DNA of 64,000 nt from a virus: IMG/VR virus record IMGVR_UViG_3300042335_000796, positions 27,524-91,523 of that record. One strand, written 5' to 3'. Positions 31,554 through 42,162 of this stretch are shown piece by piece; position 1 is the first letter of the stretch, and each line of letters opens with the position of its first letter. The position numbers and the translations under genes were made by a program. Under the pieces are notes generated by a model, which saw only the letters and a program-made list of their open reading frames with translations, searched no databases and was not told where the DNA came from.

Positions 31554-32212
31554 GTTGGTTTCAAAAAAATTTAAAAACCATACTGTACATTGCATTTGTA
31601 ATACCAATTCTTACAGTAGCTTTTGTATCAATTTCACATGTTACTAAATGGTATGGTATTTCAAATCCCGCATCCTGGGCGATGTATCTTTCAGTAGGTA
31701 TTGAGATTGCTGCATTATCGGCTTTAGCAGCATTATCAGCAAAAATGGGTAAAAAAGTATATTTCCCATTTGGTGTTGTAACATTAATACAGTTTATTGG
31801 TAATATTTTCTTTTCATATCATTACATTGATGTTAATTCAGAACTATTTAAAGATTGGGTAGATTTAGTTAATCCACTTATTAGTTTAACTGGGGTTGAG
31901 TCTGGTGATATTTTAGCGCATAAAAGATTCATTGCGTTAATTTCTGGAGGGATGTTACCATTGATATCTTTATCATTCTTACATATGCTTGTAAAATTTG
32001 AAGAAAATAATGATAATACTTCAAACAAAGTTTTAAATACTGATGATACACCATCTATAGAAAACGTAGAAAAAGAAATTATTGTAGAGTCTGAAAATTT
32101 GGAACCAATTGCTGAACCTGAATCTAATACTGAAATTGTTTCTACGGATAGTCAAGAAGATAATGGTACACCTAAAATTAGAAGATTAACATATAAAACA
32201 AATAATGAATGA
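31550..32212 (+). CDS. Multi-pass membrane protein
   Basis: About 4 hydrophobic helices and an acidic tail. Confidence 0.6.
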   Translation: MSWFQKNLKTILYIAFVIPILTVAFVSISHVTKWYGISNPASWAMYLSVGIEIAALSALAALSAKMGKKVYFPFGVVTLIQFIGNIFFSYHYIDVNSELFKDWVDLVNPLISLTGVESGDILAHKRFIALISGGMLPLISLSFLHMLVKFEENNDNTSNKVLNTDDTPSIENVEKEIIVESENLEPIAEPESNTEIVSTDSQEDNGTPKIRRLTYKTNNE

Positions 32213-32801
32213 AAATTTTAATCTAAATCATTTAGAAACTTTATATATTAATAATGATAAGAAACAAATTATCCTAACTAATACGTTAAGAGATATTTCA
32301 TATTACATATTAGAACTTACAAATCGTAAAACTGGGTATTTCAAAAGAATACCCAATTTTATTATTGGTAGAGATGGTAAAATATACGAAATCATAAAAC
32401 CTAATTATTATACTAAATATTTTAATAATGATTGGTTAAATAAAAATTCTATAGTAGTTTCATTTGAAAATGTTGGTTGGTTAAAAAATAATCCATTAAA
32501 TAATGAATATATTAATTGGGTGGGTGATATTTATAATGGATTAGTATTTAAAAAACGATGGAGAAATTATATTTATTGGGAGCCGTATAAAGACATTCAA
32601 TTACAGGTTGCTGCAGAGTTGTGCAGTACTTTGGTTGAAGAGTTCTCAATAGATAAAAGATGCGTTCATCATAATACTAAGATAAATGATTATATGAAAT
32701 ATAATGGAATTTTAACGAGGAGTAATATATCTCAATATTATACGGATGTTAATCCTTCTTTTAATTTTGAAACTTTTATAAAATTATTAAAATATGACTA
32801 A
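32205..32801 (+). CDS. N-acetylmuramoyl-L-alanine amidase (amidase_2)-fold protein, apparently lacking the catalytic histidines
   Basis: FIIGRDGKIY, NKNSIVVSFE, Y..IQLQ..AEL and DVNPSFNF; the usual HxT reads TNT. Confidence 0.65.
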   Translation: MNENFNLNHLETLYINNDKKQIILTNTLRDISYYILELTNRKTGYFKRIPNFIIGRDGKIYEIIKPNYYTKYFNNDWLNKNSIVVSFENVGWLKNNPLNNEYINWVGDIYNGLVFKKRWRNYIYWEPYKDIQLQVAAELCSTLVEEFSIDKRCVHHNTKINDYMKYNGILTRSNISQYYTDVNPSFNFETFIKLLKYD

Positions 32802-33372
32802 GAATAATCAATACGACGAAATTAAAAAATTATTACAGGCATCTAATAAGATGCTATCAAATAAAAATTTGAATGAGAATTTAAGTAAAATCAGAAATCA
32901 ATACAGAATATTAAATGAACAAGAAGATTCAGCAATAGCTCGAATTAATCCAATAAAAGATATTGAGAAAGATATTGAACAAACTTCTAATAAAAAAGAT
33001 AAACAGCAATCATACAAAATTTCAGGAAATATCATTACTTTACATGGTAAAGAAAAAAATCAGCTCGAATTAACAAGCGATGAAAAAAGTGCGTTCCAAG
33101 AAACTATGAATGAATTTAAAGAAGAAGTTAGCGAACTTGTTGATTTTGAAATTTTAAATTTATACACCAATAATGTTGAATGGGGTGGTCAAATTTATGA
33201 TTTAGATATTAAATTTTATTATACCATAGGTGAGAATAATGGAATTTATATTAACGGTGATATGATAAAAGCTGATGATGAATTTTTAACAGTTTTGGAT
33301 AAATTAAAAATATTCTATGAAAAATTTAAATCTAAATGGGGTAGAATTTTAGCAAATAGAAAATTGTCATGA
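32794..33372 (+). CDS. Hypothetical protein, possible head-associated (LNE motifs)
   Basis: 192 aa ORF with NLNE and ILNEQ near the N-terminus. Confidence 0.45.
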   Translation: MTKNNQYDEIKKLLQASNKMLSNKNLNENLSKIRNQYRILNEQEDSAIARINPIKDIEKDIEQTSNKKDKQQSYKISGNIITLHGKEKNQLELTSDEKSAFQETMNEFKEEVSELVDFEILNLYTNNVEWGGQIYDLDIKFYYTIGENNGIYINGDMIKADDEFLTVLDKLKIFYEKFKSKWGRILANRKLS

Positions 33373-33950
33373 AAAAAAATATTAATTTAAAAAATTGTAT
33401 AATTGGTTTATTATTATTAGTTATAATATTTTTGAAATTCTGCTCAAAACCTGAAGTAATTACAAATCCTAAAGTAATTACTAATACGCAAATTGATACA
33501 TTTTATAAAGATACTGGTAGTATAGTTTATAAAAAAGGTAAAAATCTTATTATTAAAGATAGTATAAGATTCGAAGTACCAGTTGATGTTGACACAAATA
33601 AAATCTTAGAAGAGTTTTATACTCAATACATTTATAATGATACGTTAAATCTTGTAGATTCTTTAGGATATGTTACAGTTATTGATACAATATTTAAAAA
33701 TAGAATATATTCCAGAAAATATGAAAGTAATATTCGACAAAAAATAATTAAAGAGGTTTTTTATGTTCAAGAACCTATAGTTAATGAATATTATCTGGGG
33801 GCAAATATTGGTTTTAATTATTTAGGAACATCATTTATATTTAAGAATAAGAATAATAAAATGTATAGCCTTGGATTAGGAATAACACCAGATGTTAATA
33901 AAAAAATGTCAACTTTAATAGTTGGTGGTATTTATTATAAAATAAAATAA
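33369..33950 (+). CDS. Membrane-anchored protein, possibly spanin-like
   Basis: N-terminal TM, DT-rich stalk and beta-rich C-terminus ending YYKIK. Confidence 0.4.
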   Translation: MKKNINLKNCIIGLLLLVIIFLKFCSKPEVITNPKVITNTQIDTFYKDTGSIVYKKGKNLIIKDSIRFEVPVDVDTNKILEEFYTQYIYNDTLNLVDSLGYVTVIDTIFKNRIYSRKYESNIRQKIIKEVFYVQEPIVNEYYLGANIGFNYLGTSFIFKNKNNKMYSLGLGITPDVNKKMSTLIVGGIYYKIK

Positions 33951-33952
33951 TT

Positions 33953-34198
33953 ATGGCTTTAACCGATAGCGATAAAAGAGAACTTGAGATTATGATGAGA
34001 AAAGAAATTAAAGATTTTTTTGGTCATAATACTATGAGACAATTTGAAGAAAAATTAATGGATAATATTGCTAAAGAAATAAAAAGAGGTAAGCTTGAAG
34101 ACGATATAAAAGATATTGTTGTCAGAGTTTTTAGAGAGTTTTATAACTTTATGTGGACAAACCGAAGTTATTGGGAATCAAGAATTAAAACAGCATAA
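33953..34198 (+). CDS. Hypothetical protein
   Basis: 81 aa ORF in the operon. Confidence 0.55.
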   Translation: MALTDSDKRELEIMMRKEIKDFFGHNTMRQFEEKLMDNIAKEIKRGKLEDDIKDIVVRVFREFYNFMWTNRSYWESRIKTA

Positions 34199-34200
34199 TT

Positions 34201-34821
34201 ATGGCAGACTTAGTTAATAATTTAAAAACTCAGCTTGGTAAAGAATTTAGCAATGCTGATGCGTTTTCAACCACTGATGGTTCATCAACATATAATAATA
34301 TAATTTCATCATTAGCTGAAGAAGATATTGAAGAAGAATGGTCTGAAAAGTATAAAAAGAGTATTAATTGTGATAAACCTAAAGGTTTTAGTCAAAAAGC
34401 ATATTGCACAGGTAAAAAGAAAAAAACTGAAAATACTGAAGCGACAGGTGCAGCATCAGCTGGAGGGTTTGAAGCACCATTATTCTCAAATCCCAGTAAA
34501 GTTGAAACTAAAGAGGCTACAGGGTCAAGTTCATCAGGTTCATATGAAACACCTAAAATATGGGCTAAATCCCAAAACAAAAATGATTGGAGAGGTAAAT
34601 CTAAGCCACAAATTCCAGGGGGTAAATTTGTAACAATAAAAGAAAAATGTAAAACTTTTCCATATTGTAATCAGGGAGATATTAAAGCTTTAAAAATATA
34701 TGAAAATGATATTTTAAAAAAGGTTATTACAAAAATTTCAAAGCAGAATAACATATCTGAAAATATAATTAAAGCGATTATCCAATATACTCTTGAAAAC
34801 AATAAATCAAAATTAATTTAA
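34201..34821 (+). CDS. Putative head-internal protein with repeated EATG motifs
   Basis: EEWSEKYKKSINC..PKGFSQKAYC; TEATGAASAGGFEAP and KEATGSSSSGSYETP. Confidence 0.5.
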   Translation: MADLVNNLKTQLGKEFSNADAFSTTDGSSTYNNIISSLAEEDIEEEWSEKYKKSINCDKPKGFSQKAYCTGKKKKTENTEATGAASAGGFEAPLFSNPSKVETKEATGSSSSGSYETPKIWAKSQNKNDWRGKSKPQIPGGKFVTIKEKCKTFPYCNQGDIKALKIYENDILKKVITKISKQNNISENIIKAIIQYTLENNKSKLI

Positions 34822-34864
34822 ATTAATTAACTAATTTTATTAGTTAACAGATATTTATATAAAA

Positions 34865-35896
34865 ATGTATCGCATGAATAAGCAAAATATAACTAACGAA
34901 ATTAAAGATAGAATTTTAAACGAATCTATTAATAGTAGAATTGAAGAAATAACTGGAAAAATCATGTCAAAAATTAACGAATTTGGAGGTAGTCCACAAA
35001 TTTCAAATCAACCTACAGATATGACTGAAAAACTTCATGGAGGTCAAAAAAAGATTGATGTCGCAGCACCAAAAGGTAAAATTACAAAAGCTGATTTTGA
35101 AAAATTACGTAAATCTAAAAAAATGGAAACTGATGAAGGTAACGCTTTTACTGGTGAGTTAGCCAAAGCTAAAAAAGCTGGTAAAAGTTCTTTTATGTTT
35201 GATGGTAAAAAATATCCAGTTAAAGAATCTAAAAAAACTGAATATATTTTATCTGAAGATAAATTAATAGATTTAATTGAGAGGGTTATTTTGGAACAAA
35301 ATAAGGCAAAAGGTTTAGCAGCGACTGAGAAAGTATTGAGAGCGGATAAAAATATTAACTCAAAAGCTCTTAAAGATGTTAATAAAAAAATGAAAGATTA
35401 TTTAAAACCAATGACTAAAGGTTCATATGAAACTAATCCAGATTTTTACCCAAAAACTAACTCAGATTTTAATAAAACTGAAAAGAAAGCATATAAAGCT
35501 TCTGACGCAGTTGAAGAATATATTGAAAACTTCGCATATGCACCAGGTATGGAAAATTTACAATATGACGAAATTGCACCAAATGAAAAATGGTTAGAAA
35601 AGACTATTGAAGGGGACTCTACAACTGGTAATAATCCAAAATGGGCAAATGCTGTAGATACTGGTCTTGGTAAAAAAATTAATGCGAAAAGAAAGAAAAA
35701 TCTATATGGCCAAGAAAAAAATCGTTCATATAATAGAGTAAAACAACCTGTAGATGTTGCTGGTGAATCCAAGGGGTCGAAATCTTTAGATAAGATGTTT
35801 AAAAAATTAAATACCGAGTCTAAAGATGCTGTCAAGTTAAATGAAGAATTTAATAAGATTAGTAATTTAATTAATTATGATACAAAAACTCAGTAA
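34865..35896 (+). CDS. Putative head-internal/core protein
   Basis: TATTTATA box at 34852-34859. Highly charged, with many (I/L)xE sites, EKLHGGQKKID and EGNAFTG motifs. Confidence 0.5.
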   Translation: MYRMNKQNITNEIKDRILNESINSRIEEITGKIMSKINEFGGSPQISNQPTDMTEKLHGGQKKIDVAAPKGKITKADFEKLRKSKKMETDEGNAFTGELAKAKKAGKSSFMFDGKKYPVKESKKTEYILSEDKLIDLIERVILEQNKAKGLAATEKVLRADKNINSKALKDVNKKMKDYLKPMTKGSYETNPDFYPKTNSDFNKTEKKAYKASDAVEEYIENFAYAPGMENLQYDEIAPNEKWLEKTIEGDSTTGNNPKWANAVDTGLGKKINAKRKKNLYGQEKNRSYNRVKQPVDVAGESKGSKSLDKMFKKLNTESKDAVKLNEEFNKISNLINYDTKTQ

Positions 35897-35909
35897 TTAA
35901 TTATATATT

Positions 35910-36374
35910 GTGCAATTTATTTCAGAAGAAGATTTAAATACTTGGATATTATCTAATAATATAGTTATTGAAAAAAATCAATTATTTTTTGATTTTTGTT
36001 TAACATTATTTAATTTTATTAAAACAACATACTTAGGTAATAAAGAAGTTGTTAATGAAACTTCAATAGTGTTAACTGAAAATGATAACTTTAAACATTT
36101 TGAATGGTGCTGGAGACAAACAATTGAATTATTTAAGTATGAAAATATTATTTTTAATTCTGATGGTAATCATTTGAATTTTTTTTACAATATATTTAAT
36201 AAACTTTACTATTTATCAGATAAAATTACAGAAAATAATATTGAATTATACTTCACCGATTTATTTAATTTAGAAATACCTTTTACTGAATATGAATTAA
36301 ATAAATACATTGAGATTTATAAAGTATTAGATACAAATCTTAATATATGTAATATCTTGACTTTTACAAAATAA
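35910..36374 (+). CDS. Hypothetical protein
   Basis: 154 aa ORF; start codon uncertain. Confidence 0.5.
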   Translation: MQFISEEDLNTWILSNNIVIEKNQLFFDFCLTLFNFIKTTYLGNKEVVNETSIVLTENDNFKHFEWCWRQTIELFKYENIIFNSDGNHLNFFYNIFNKLYYLSDKITENNIELYFTDLFNLEIPFTEYELNKYIEIYKVLDTNLNICNILTFTK

Positions 36375-36417
36375 TCATTTATTATTTTAACGTAATAAAC
36401 AAGATAAATTAAATATT

Positions 36418-36612
36418 ATGGGAGAAACAAAAACATTCGAAGTTATTAGTCAAAAATTTCAAGAATTAACTGAAAATTATTCAAAATTCATGAAAGGAAC
36501 AAATTCTGCAGGTACAAGGGCCAGGAACAACGCTCAAGACTTGAAAGTCTTAATGAAGACTCTTAGAGATGAAATTTTAGCAACTCGTAATGAGAGAAAA
36601 AGCGATTCTTAA
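36418..36612 (+). CDS. Histone H1-like (Hc1-type) small DNA-binding protein
   Basis: KGTNSAGTRAR...LK.L...LR resembles the Bacteroidota Hc1-like GNKAAGTRAR motif. Confidence 0.7.
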   Translation: MGETKTFEVISQKFQELTENYSKFMKGTNSAGTRARNNAQDLKVLMKTLRDEILATRNERKSDS

Positions 36613-36627
36613 TTAAATAGAATCAAT

Positions 36628-36658
36628 AAAAAGCCCTAAAATTAATTAGGGCTTTTTT
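36628..36658 (+). terminator. Intrinsic terminator
   Basis: AAAAAGCCCTAA-AATTAA-TTAGGGCTTTTT. Confidence 0.85.
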
Positions 36659-36675
36659 ACATAAAAAAAATACAA

Positions 36676-37068
36676 ATGAATCTATACCAATCATTAAAAG
36701 ACATTTTTGACTACATTGTTTTAATCAAAAGATTAGACAATAGTGTTATGCTCGTTCAAATCGAAGTACCAAGTACTTGGCAAATTTTAAAGAAGTTTAT
36801 TGATGAGACTACATTAGTACCTCAAGATAATACTCAAAAAAATTCAAACGTTAAAAGTTTAGCATTTGCAATTCAATTTGATGGGGATAAGGTAAATTTG
36901 TTGGTTGAAAATATTATTAAAATTATTGCTCATAATAAAGAAATTGAACAAAAAAATTTACTATTTGAGAATAAAGTTGAAGAACTTAAAAAAGTTTTTA
37001 GTACTAAAAAATTGGATGAGTTACAAAATTTAAGATTTGAAATAATAAACACGGGTATAAATGAATAA
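36676..37068 (+). CDS. Hypothetical protein
   Basis: 130 aa ORF. Confidence 0.55.
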   Translation: MNLYQSLKDIFDYIVLIKRLDNSVMLVQIEVPSTWQILKKFIDETTLVPQDNTQKNSNVKSLAFAIQFDGDKVNLLVENIIKIIAHNKEIEQKNLLFENKVEELKKVFSTKKLDELQNLRFEIINTGINE

Positions 37069-37249
37069 TGAAAAGTTACATAATTGGCTCAATTCTGAAA
37101 TTAACAAAGATGCTAAAGAATTACAAAGAGAAAAAAATAAATTAATCAATGAAATTCTAAAACACACAAAAGTTGATATTGTGCAGCCACCTAAAAAAAT
37201 CAGTATATGGAAGAAAATTTTAAAGATGCTTGGTATATTAAAAAATTAG
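37061..37249 (+). CDS. Hypothetical protein
   Basis: 62 aa coupled ORF. Confidence 0.5.
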   Translation: MNNEKLHNWLNSEINKDAKELQREKNKLINEILKHTKVDIVQPPKKISIWKKILKMLGILKN

Positions 37250-37425
37250 CAATAATTTCAGATGCTTTAGATTCAATAGCTAAAGGTAAAAAAATTGTAG
37301 TATTTGAATTGGATAGAGAAAGTTTTGATAGTATTAAATCAACTCTTAGTGATTCTAATAATTTTGAAAATCAATTTAAGATTGAGATTTCTGAGAATGA
37401 GTTTTTACACCTCTTGTCCGAGTAA
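37207..37425 (+). CDS. Hypothetical protein
   Basis: 72 aa coupled ORF. Confidence 0.5.
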   Translation: MEENFKDAWYIKKLAIISDALDSIAKGKKIVVFELDRESFDSIKSTLSDSNNFENQFKIEISENEFLHLLSE

Positions 37426-38131
37426 TTACATGACTATATAATAATTTTCTACTGTAACCTTTTTTTTCCAATTCTTCATATAAATATTTTCTTTGGCTTG
37501 TTGAAACATCTCTAACAAGCATGTATGTTTTATTTTTATTTGGTATTTTTTCTTCTAAAAATTGCATAAATCTGTCGGCATCATTTATATTTTTCAAGAT
37601 AAATAAATCTAATTTATCATCATCTTGAATTACGATTTTATTATTTAGTTTAGATACCATTTTAAATGTTTTAGTACTTAAAAATGTGTTAATAAATTCA
37701 TTAATTGTAAATCTTTTATGTGAATCATAATGTTGAATTTTTTCTTCAATTTTATAAGGTAATAATTTTAACATTTTATATTCATCATCTTTTAAAACAA
37801 CAGGTATGTTTCTGCCTAAATCATCTGATTTATATATTTTAATATTTTTTCTTGAGTTTCTTTCAATCAAAGCAATTTCATATTCAACTTTTCTGTTATT
37901 CAATGTTTTAATTTCAAAACCAATATCTTTAATTTTATCATATTCTTTTTCAATATATTTTGTAGCTAATTCCAGAGATTTATATGTTTTCAAGTATTTG
38001 TAAATTTTCATATTTTTAAAAATTAAAACATTATACTTATATTTGTATTTATATTGGACTTTAGGTTTTAATTTACGTTGTTTTTTTCTTTTTTTTGTCT
38101 TATATTTGCGCTTAACATTACCATTAATCAT
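37376..38131 (-). CDS. Basic hypothetical protein (start uncertain)
   Basis: 251 aa open frame divergent from dnaJ. Confidence 0.5.
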   Translation of the reverse strand: MINGNVKRKYKTKKRKKQRKLKPKVQYKYKYKYNVLIFKNMKIYKYLKTYKSLELATKYIEKEYDKIKDIGFEIKTLNNRKVEYEIALIERNSRKNIKIYKSDDLGRNIPVVLKDDEYKMLKLLPYKIEEKIQHYDSHKRFTINEFINTFLSTKTFKMVSKLNNKIVIQDDDKLDLFILKNINDADRFMQFLEEKIPNKNKTYMLVRDVSTSQRKYLYEELEKKGYSRKLLYSHVITRTRGVKTHSQKSQS

Positions 38132-38133
38132 AT

Positions 38134-39057
38134 ATGAATTATTACGAAATTTTAGAAGTAAGTAAAGATGCTACGCAAGATGAAATTAAAAAACAATACC
38201 GAAATCTTGCAAAAAAATACCATCCTGATAAAAATCCTGATGGTGAAGTTAAATTTAAAGAAATTACTAAAGCTTATGAGGTTTTATCAAATCCAGATAA
38301 GCGAAAACAATATGACAATCCTAATAGTGGTAAGCCTTTTGTTGACTATGAAGATATTCTCAATAATATGAGAAACCATTTTACGCATCAAAACATGGGT
38401 AAGGAAAATTATGAGCAAGTTATAAATTTAAAAATTACACCTGTAGAATCTTATTTGGGTGTTGATAAAGAGGTTACATATGAATTTTATGATGATTGTG
38501 AAGATTGTAATGGTACAGGGGGTGAAGACATTATTTGTTCAGATTGTAATGGGAAAGGTCAAATTACTGAGACATTTGGTACAAGTTTTATGCAACAAAT
38601 TATAAGTAGAACTTGTCAAAAGTGTTCAGGTAAAGGTCGTACTATAATAAATGAATGTAAAACGTGTTATGGTAATGGTAATAAAATCTCCAAAAAAACT
38701 ATAGTTGTAAACATTCCAAAAAATGTTGATAACGGTAATTATTTACGCTTAAATAATATTTGTGGAGTTTTAAATAAAAGAAATGTAGATTTAATTCTCA
38801 GTATACAATTAATACCTTCAGATAATTTTGAAAAAAATGGTCCTAACTTAATATATAATGCATATTTGAATTTGGAAGATTTAAGTAAAGACTCAATACT
38901 TATTTCGCATCCATCTGGGGATTTAAATGTTAAATTACCTACAGAATTCAATACAAAAATACCATTAAGAATTAAGAATAGGGGTTATATATATGAAAAT
39001 AACCAAATTGGCGATTTATATATAAAATTAGAAGTTAAATTTTTAAAACAAAGTTAA
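38134..39057 (+). CDS. dnaJ: DnaJ chaperone
   Basis: J domain with HPD, four CxxCxGxG repeats and a C-terminal domain (GDLYI). Confidence 0.92.
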   Translation: MNYYEILEVSKDATQDEIKKQYRNLAKKYHPDKNPDGEVKFKEITKAYEVLSNPDKRKQYDNPNSGKPFVDYEDILNNMRNHFTHQNMGKENYEQVINLKITPVESYLGVDKEVTYEFYDDCEDCNGTGGEDIICSDCNGKGQITETFGTSFMQQIISRTCQKCSGKGRTIINECKTCYGNGNKISKKTIVVNIPKNVDNGNYLRLNNICGVLNKRNVDLILSIQLIPSDNFEKNGPNLIYNAYLNLEDLSKDSILISHPSGDLNVKLPTEFNTKIPLRIKNRGYIYENNQIGDLYIKLEVKFLKQS

Positions 39058-39177
39058 TATATACTCAGCAGCTTTTAAATGTCCATAAATTATAAATGCT
39101 AATAGATATATTGATATTAAAGTAATCCAAGATAATTTATAATTACCTTTTTTACATTGTTTACAATCTTTTGTCAT
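39043..39177 (-). CDS. 44-aa CxxC membrane peptide (not in ORF track)
   Basis: Manual translation: [44 protein letters not shown]. Confidence 0.5.
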   Translation of the reverse strand: MTKDCKQCKKGNYKLSWITLISIYLLAFIIYGHLKAAEYILTLF

Positions 39178-39285
39178 AATTAATAATTATGTGCTTAAAT
39201 TATATATTGTAAATATTTTAAATTAAAAATTATACAATTATTACTTATAAAGTATTTATATATAAAATAATAATTAAACAAATAT

Positions 39286-40725
39286 ATGGAAAATAGACAG
39301 ATAATTTTTGAAATTAATCAGATGAGAAAATTTATGAATTTACCATTACTAATGGAAGATTCAAGATTCGAAATACTTTATAATAAATACATATCAAAAA
39401 ATAAAGAATTAACAAATAACAATTTTAATTTTGATAAATTAAAAACTTTAATATTTACTGACCCAACAACATTACCACAAATTGATGATTATCAAGATAT
39501 GACGGTTGAAGATATGAAAGAAGTTAAAGTTGGTAAATATACTAATTGGTTAATTAAACTTTATTTTAAACCTGAAAGTACTGAAAGAATTTCATTAGAA
39601 ACACATCAAAGGTTAATGATTGAAGATAGTGGCAAAATCAAATTTTTATTAAAACAATTTGATAGATTTAAAAATTTAATACTTGACCCTTCAAAAAAAG
39701 ATATTAACAAAATCACATCAATTGATGAACTATATTCATTACCTGTAAAAATAGGTAACGATGGTAGTACTGAGCTTCTTGGTAAATATAAACCAAAAAA
39801 AGTAAATTCAAAAAAGGATTCACAATCTGGGTTAAGAGATAAATTTGAGTATCCTGGGTCAAGTATTGTTTTTGAAGGTCCAAATTATACTGTTGTTAAA
39901 ATTAGTGAAGAAAATGAAGCTGGACAACGAGCTGCAAGTTATTTTGGGGGGTATTATTTATCACCGTCAGCTAATGAAACATCATGGTGTACATCGCCAG
40001 TAAATTCAAATTATTTTAAAAGCTATGTTTCTAAGGGTCCATTATATGTTATTTTACCTAATACAGACACAGAATTTGGCGAAAAAAGCGGATTACCTGC
40101 AAATAGGTATCAGTTTTGGATAGGAAATAATAATGACGTTCAATTTAAAAATGCTGCAGATTTAGATATAGATGATAGAGGGTACGCAGCATTATTTATG
40201 GATGGGGGTCAATTTGAAGAATTGAGAGAATTTTTTAGACCTGAGTTTGATAAAATTATTAAAAATATTGTTTCAAATGATAAAGTAGGATTTAAAATTG
40301 AACTTAATTCAAGTAGTGAATCTGTAATTAATAATTATGTTAAACTTTATGGTTTAAACAATATTTGGAAAGAAATTCCATCAACTATTACAGATTTTGC
40401 GATAACTAATAATGGCGAATTTGTTGACTTAATTAATAACAATCCTGACAATGAATATTCAAATAATTTTAAAAGATTTAAAGATAATTTATTAGCATTC
40501 ACATTAGAAAATGTTGCAAGTGAAATTCCTGATGTATTTGATGGGTTTTCTAAGTTATTTGCTGTAAATCTTTCAAATAACCCAATAAAAGAATTGCCTG
40601 AAAGTTTATTAAGAAATAGAAATGTTAAAATGATAATTTGTAAAAACACACAAATTAGGTATAATGAAGATGATTTAAAAAAATATGGTAAAATCTATAA
40701 ATCTGAACGTATTATAAATATATAA
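39286..40725 (+). CDS. Protein with a T-x-W-C-T domain and C-terminal leucine-rich repeats, paralog 1
   Basis: AASYFGG...ETSWCTSP...GPLYVILP and LFAVNLSNNPIKELPESL; TATTTATA at 39253-39260. Confidence 0.6.
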   Translation: MENRQIIFEINQMRKFMNLPLLMEDSRFEILYNKYISKNKELTNNNFNFDKLKTLIFTDPTTLPQIDDYQDMTVEDMKEVKVGKYTNWLIKLYFKPESTERISLETHQRLMIEDSGKIKFLLKQFDRFKNLILDPSKKDINKITSIDELYSLPVKIGNDGSTELLGKYKPKKVNSKKDSQSGLRDKFEYPGSSIVFEGPNYTVVKISEENEAGQRAASYFGGYYLSPSANETSWCTSPVNSNYFKSYVSKGPLYVILPNTDTEFGEKSGLPANRYQFWIGNNNDVQFKNAADLDIDDRGYAALFMDGGQFEELREFFRPEFDKIIKNIVSNDKVGFKIELNSSSESVINNYVKLYGLNNIWKEIPSTITDFAITNNGEFVDLINNNPDNEYSNNFKRFKDNLLAFTLENVASEIPDVFDGFSKLFAVNLSNNPIKELPESLLRNRNVKMIICKNTQIRYNEDDLKKYGKIYKSERIINI

Positions 40726-42134
40726 TGAAAAAAATTATATTTAGTGAAAATAGTCTAAATAATATTATTAATAATTTAGAACTTTTAGTTGAGGTTTCAA
40801 AATTAGAATTTTTAGTAAATAAGTATTTAAATACTAAAAATCCAAAATTAAACTGGGAAGTATTAAAAAATATTATATTTATTGACCCAACAACAACTCC
40901 AGTACCTGAAGATATCGAAAATCTTACAATTGATGATATGCAAGGATATAGAATTGGTAAGTATGTTTCATGGTTAATTAAAATGTATTTAACGCCTGGT
41001 GAGGATATTTCTAATTTAGATGAATATCGACATTTGTTTTTTGAAGATTCTTTAAGAATTAAACAAATTCTTGACAAATACGATAGGTTTAAAAATTTAG
41101 CAGCAAATCCTATTAAAAAAGATATTAGTAAAATTGAATCTATTGATGAATTATATACACTACCTATAAAAATAAGTTCTTCAGGTGAAGTCGTGCCACT
41201 TGAAATGTATGTTGGTAGTAAAAAGAAAGGTGCGATAACAAATTTAGACAATAATTTAAGGGATAAATTTATATATCCTGGGTCATCAATTGAGTTTGAA
41301 GGCCAAGAATATACAGTTATTAAAATCACCAGTAAAAGTGAAGCTGGCCAAAAGGCAGCATCATATTTTGGAGGTTATCATTTAGGTGTGAGTTTGGGTG
41401 AAACCGTATGGTGTACATCACCAGAAAAGTCTTATAATTTTAATAGTTATATTAATCGAGGGCCATTATATATCATATTACCAAATAATGCAACAACTTT
41501 AGGTCAAAAAACTGGATTACCTGCAACTCGATATCAAATTGGTTTTAATTCATCAACTACTCTTGAGTTAAAAGATTCAAATAATAGCAATGTTGATGGT
41601 AAAACATTTGGGGAGTTATTTATTGAAGGTGGAAGATTTGAAGAATTAAGGGAATATTTTTCAAAAGAATTGGCTGATTTTTTCGGTAAAAAAATAACAA
41701 AAAATTTTGAGTTTAAGGCTACTAATAGCTCTTCAATATTTGAAAATTTGATATTGTTGGCGGGTTTAGATAATGTATTTGAGAATTATCTTTCAGATAT
41801 TGAAGTATTATCGATTTATGGAAATAAAAATTTAAAATTATCTAAAGATTTTATTGGAAAATATTTTATTAAATTTAAAGATAGTTTAGAGTTTTTAAAA
41901 TTAGAAAATACTATAACTGAGCTTCCAGATATTTTTAACGATTTTATTAATTTAAGTATTGTTAATGTAAGTAACAATTCAAATTTATCAAAACTGCCAG
42001 AATCATTATTAGCTAATGAAAATGTTGCAATCATTTTACATGACAATACAGGGGTTAATTATAGTGATGAATATTTAGAGCATTTCGGAAAGAAAAATTC
42101 AAAACACAAAGCGAATACAATATCGGCTTTTTAA
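40725..42134 (+). CDS. Protein with a T-x-W-C-T domain and C-terminal leucine-rich repeats, paralog 2
   Basis: Collinear similarity to 39286-40725 (IFxDPTT, GKYxxWLIK, LRDKFxYPGSSI, GLPAxRYQ). Confidence 0.6.
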   Translation: MKKIIFSENSLNNIINNLELLVEVSKLEFLVNKYLNTKNPKLNWEVLKNIIFIDPTTTPVPEDIENLTIDDMQGYRIGKYVSWLIKMYLTPGEDISNLDEYRHLFFEDSLRIKQILDKYDRFKNLAANPIKKDISKIESIDELYTLPIKISSSGEVVPLEMYVGSKKKGAITNLDNNLRDKFIYPGSSIEFEGQEYTVIKITSKSEAGQKAASYFGGYHLGVSLGETVWCTSPEKSYNFNSYINRGPLYIILPNNATTLGQKTGLPATRYQIGFNSSTTLELKDSNNSNVDGKTFGELFIEGGRFEELREYFSKELADFFGKKITKNFEFKATNSSSIFENLILLAGLDNVFENYLSDIEVLSIYGNKNLKLSKDFIGKYFIKFKDSLEFLKLENTITELPDIFNDFINLSIVNVSNNSNLSKLPESLLANENVAIILHDNTGVNYSDEYLEHFGKKNSKHKANTISAF

Positions 42135-42162
42135 TCAATATATTTAAATTATCGCTAATATA

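Noticed and set aside
40347-41329. Minus-strand ORFs 40347-40649 and 40712-41329, and similar antisense ORFs elsewhere
   Set aside because: They lie opposite well-supported + strand genes and show no recognisable motifs.
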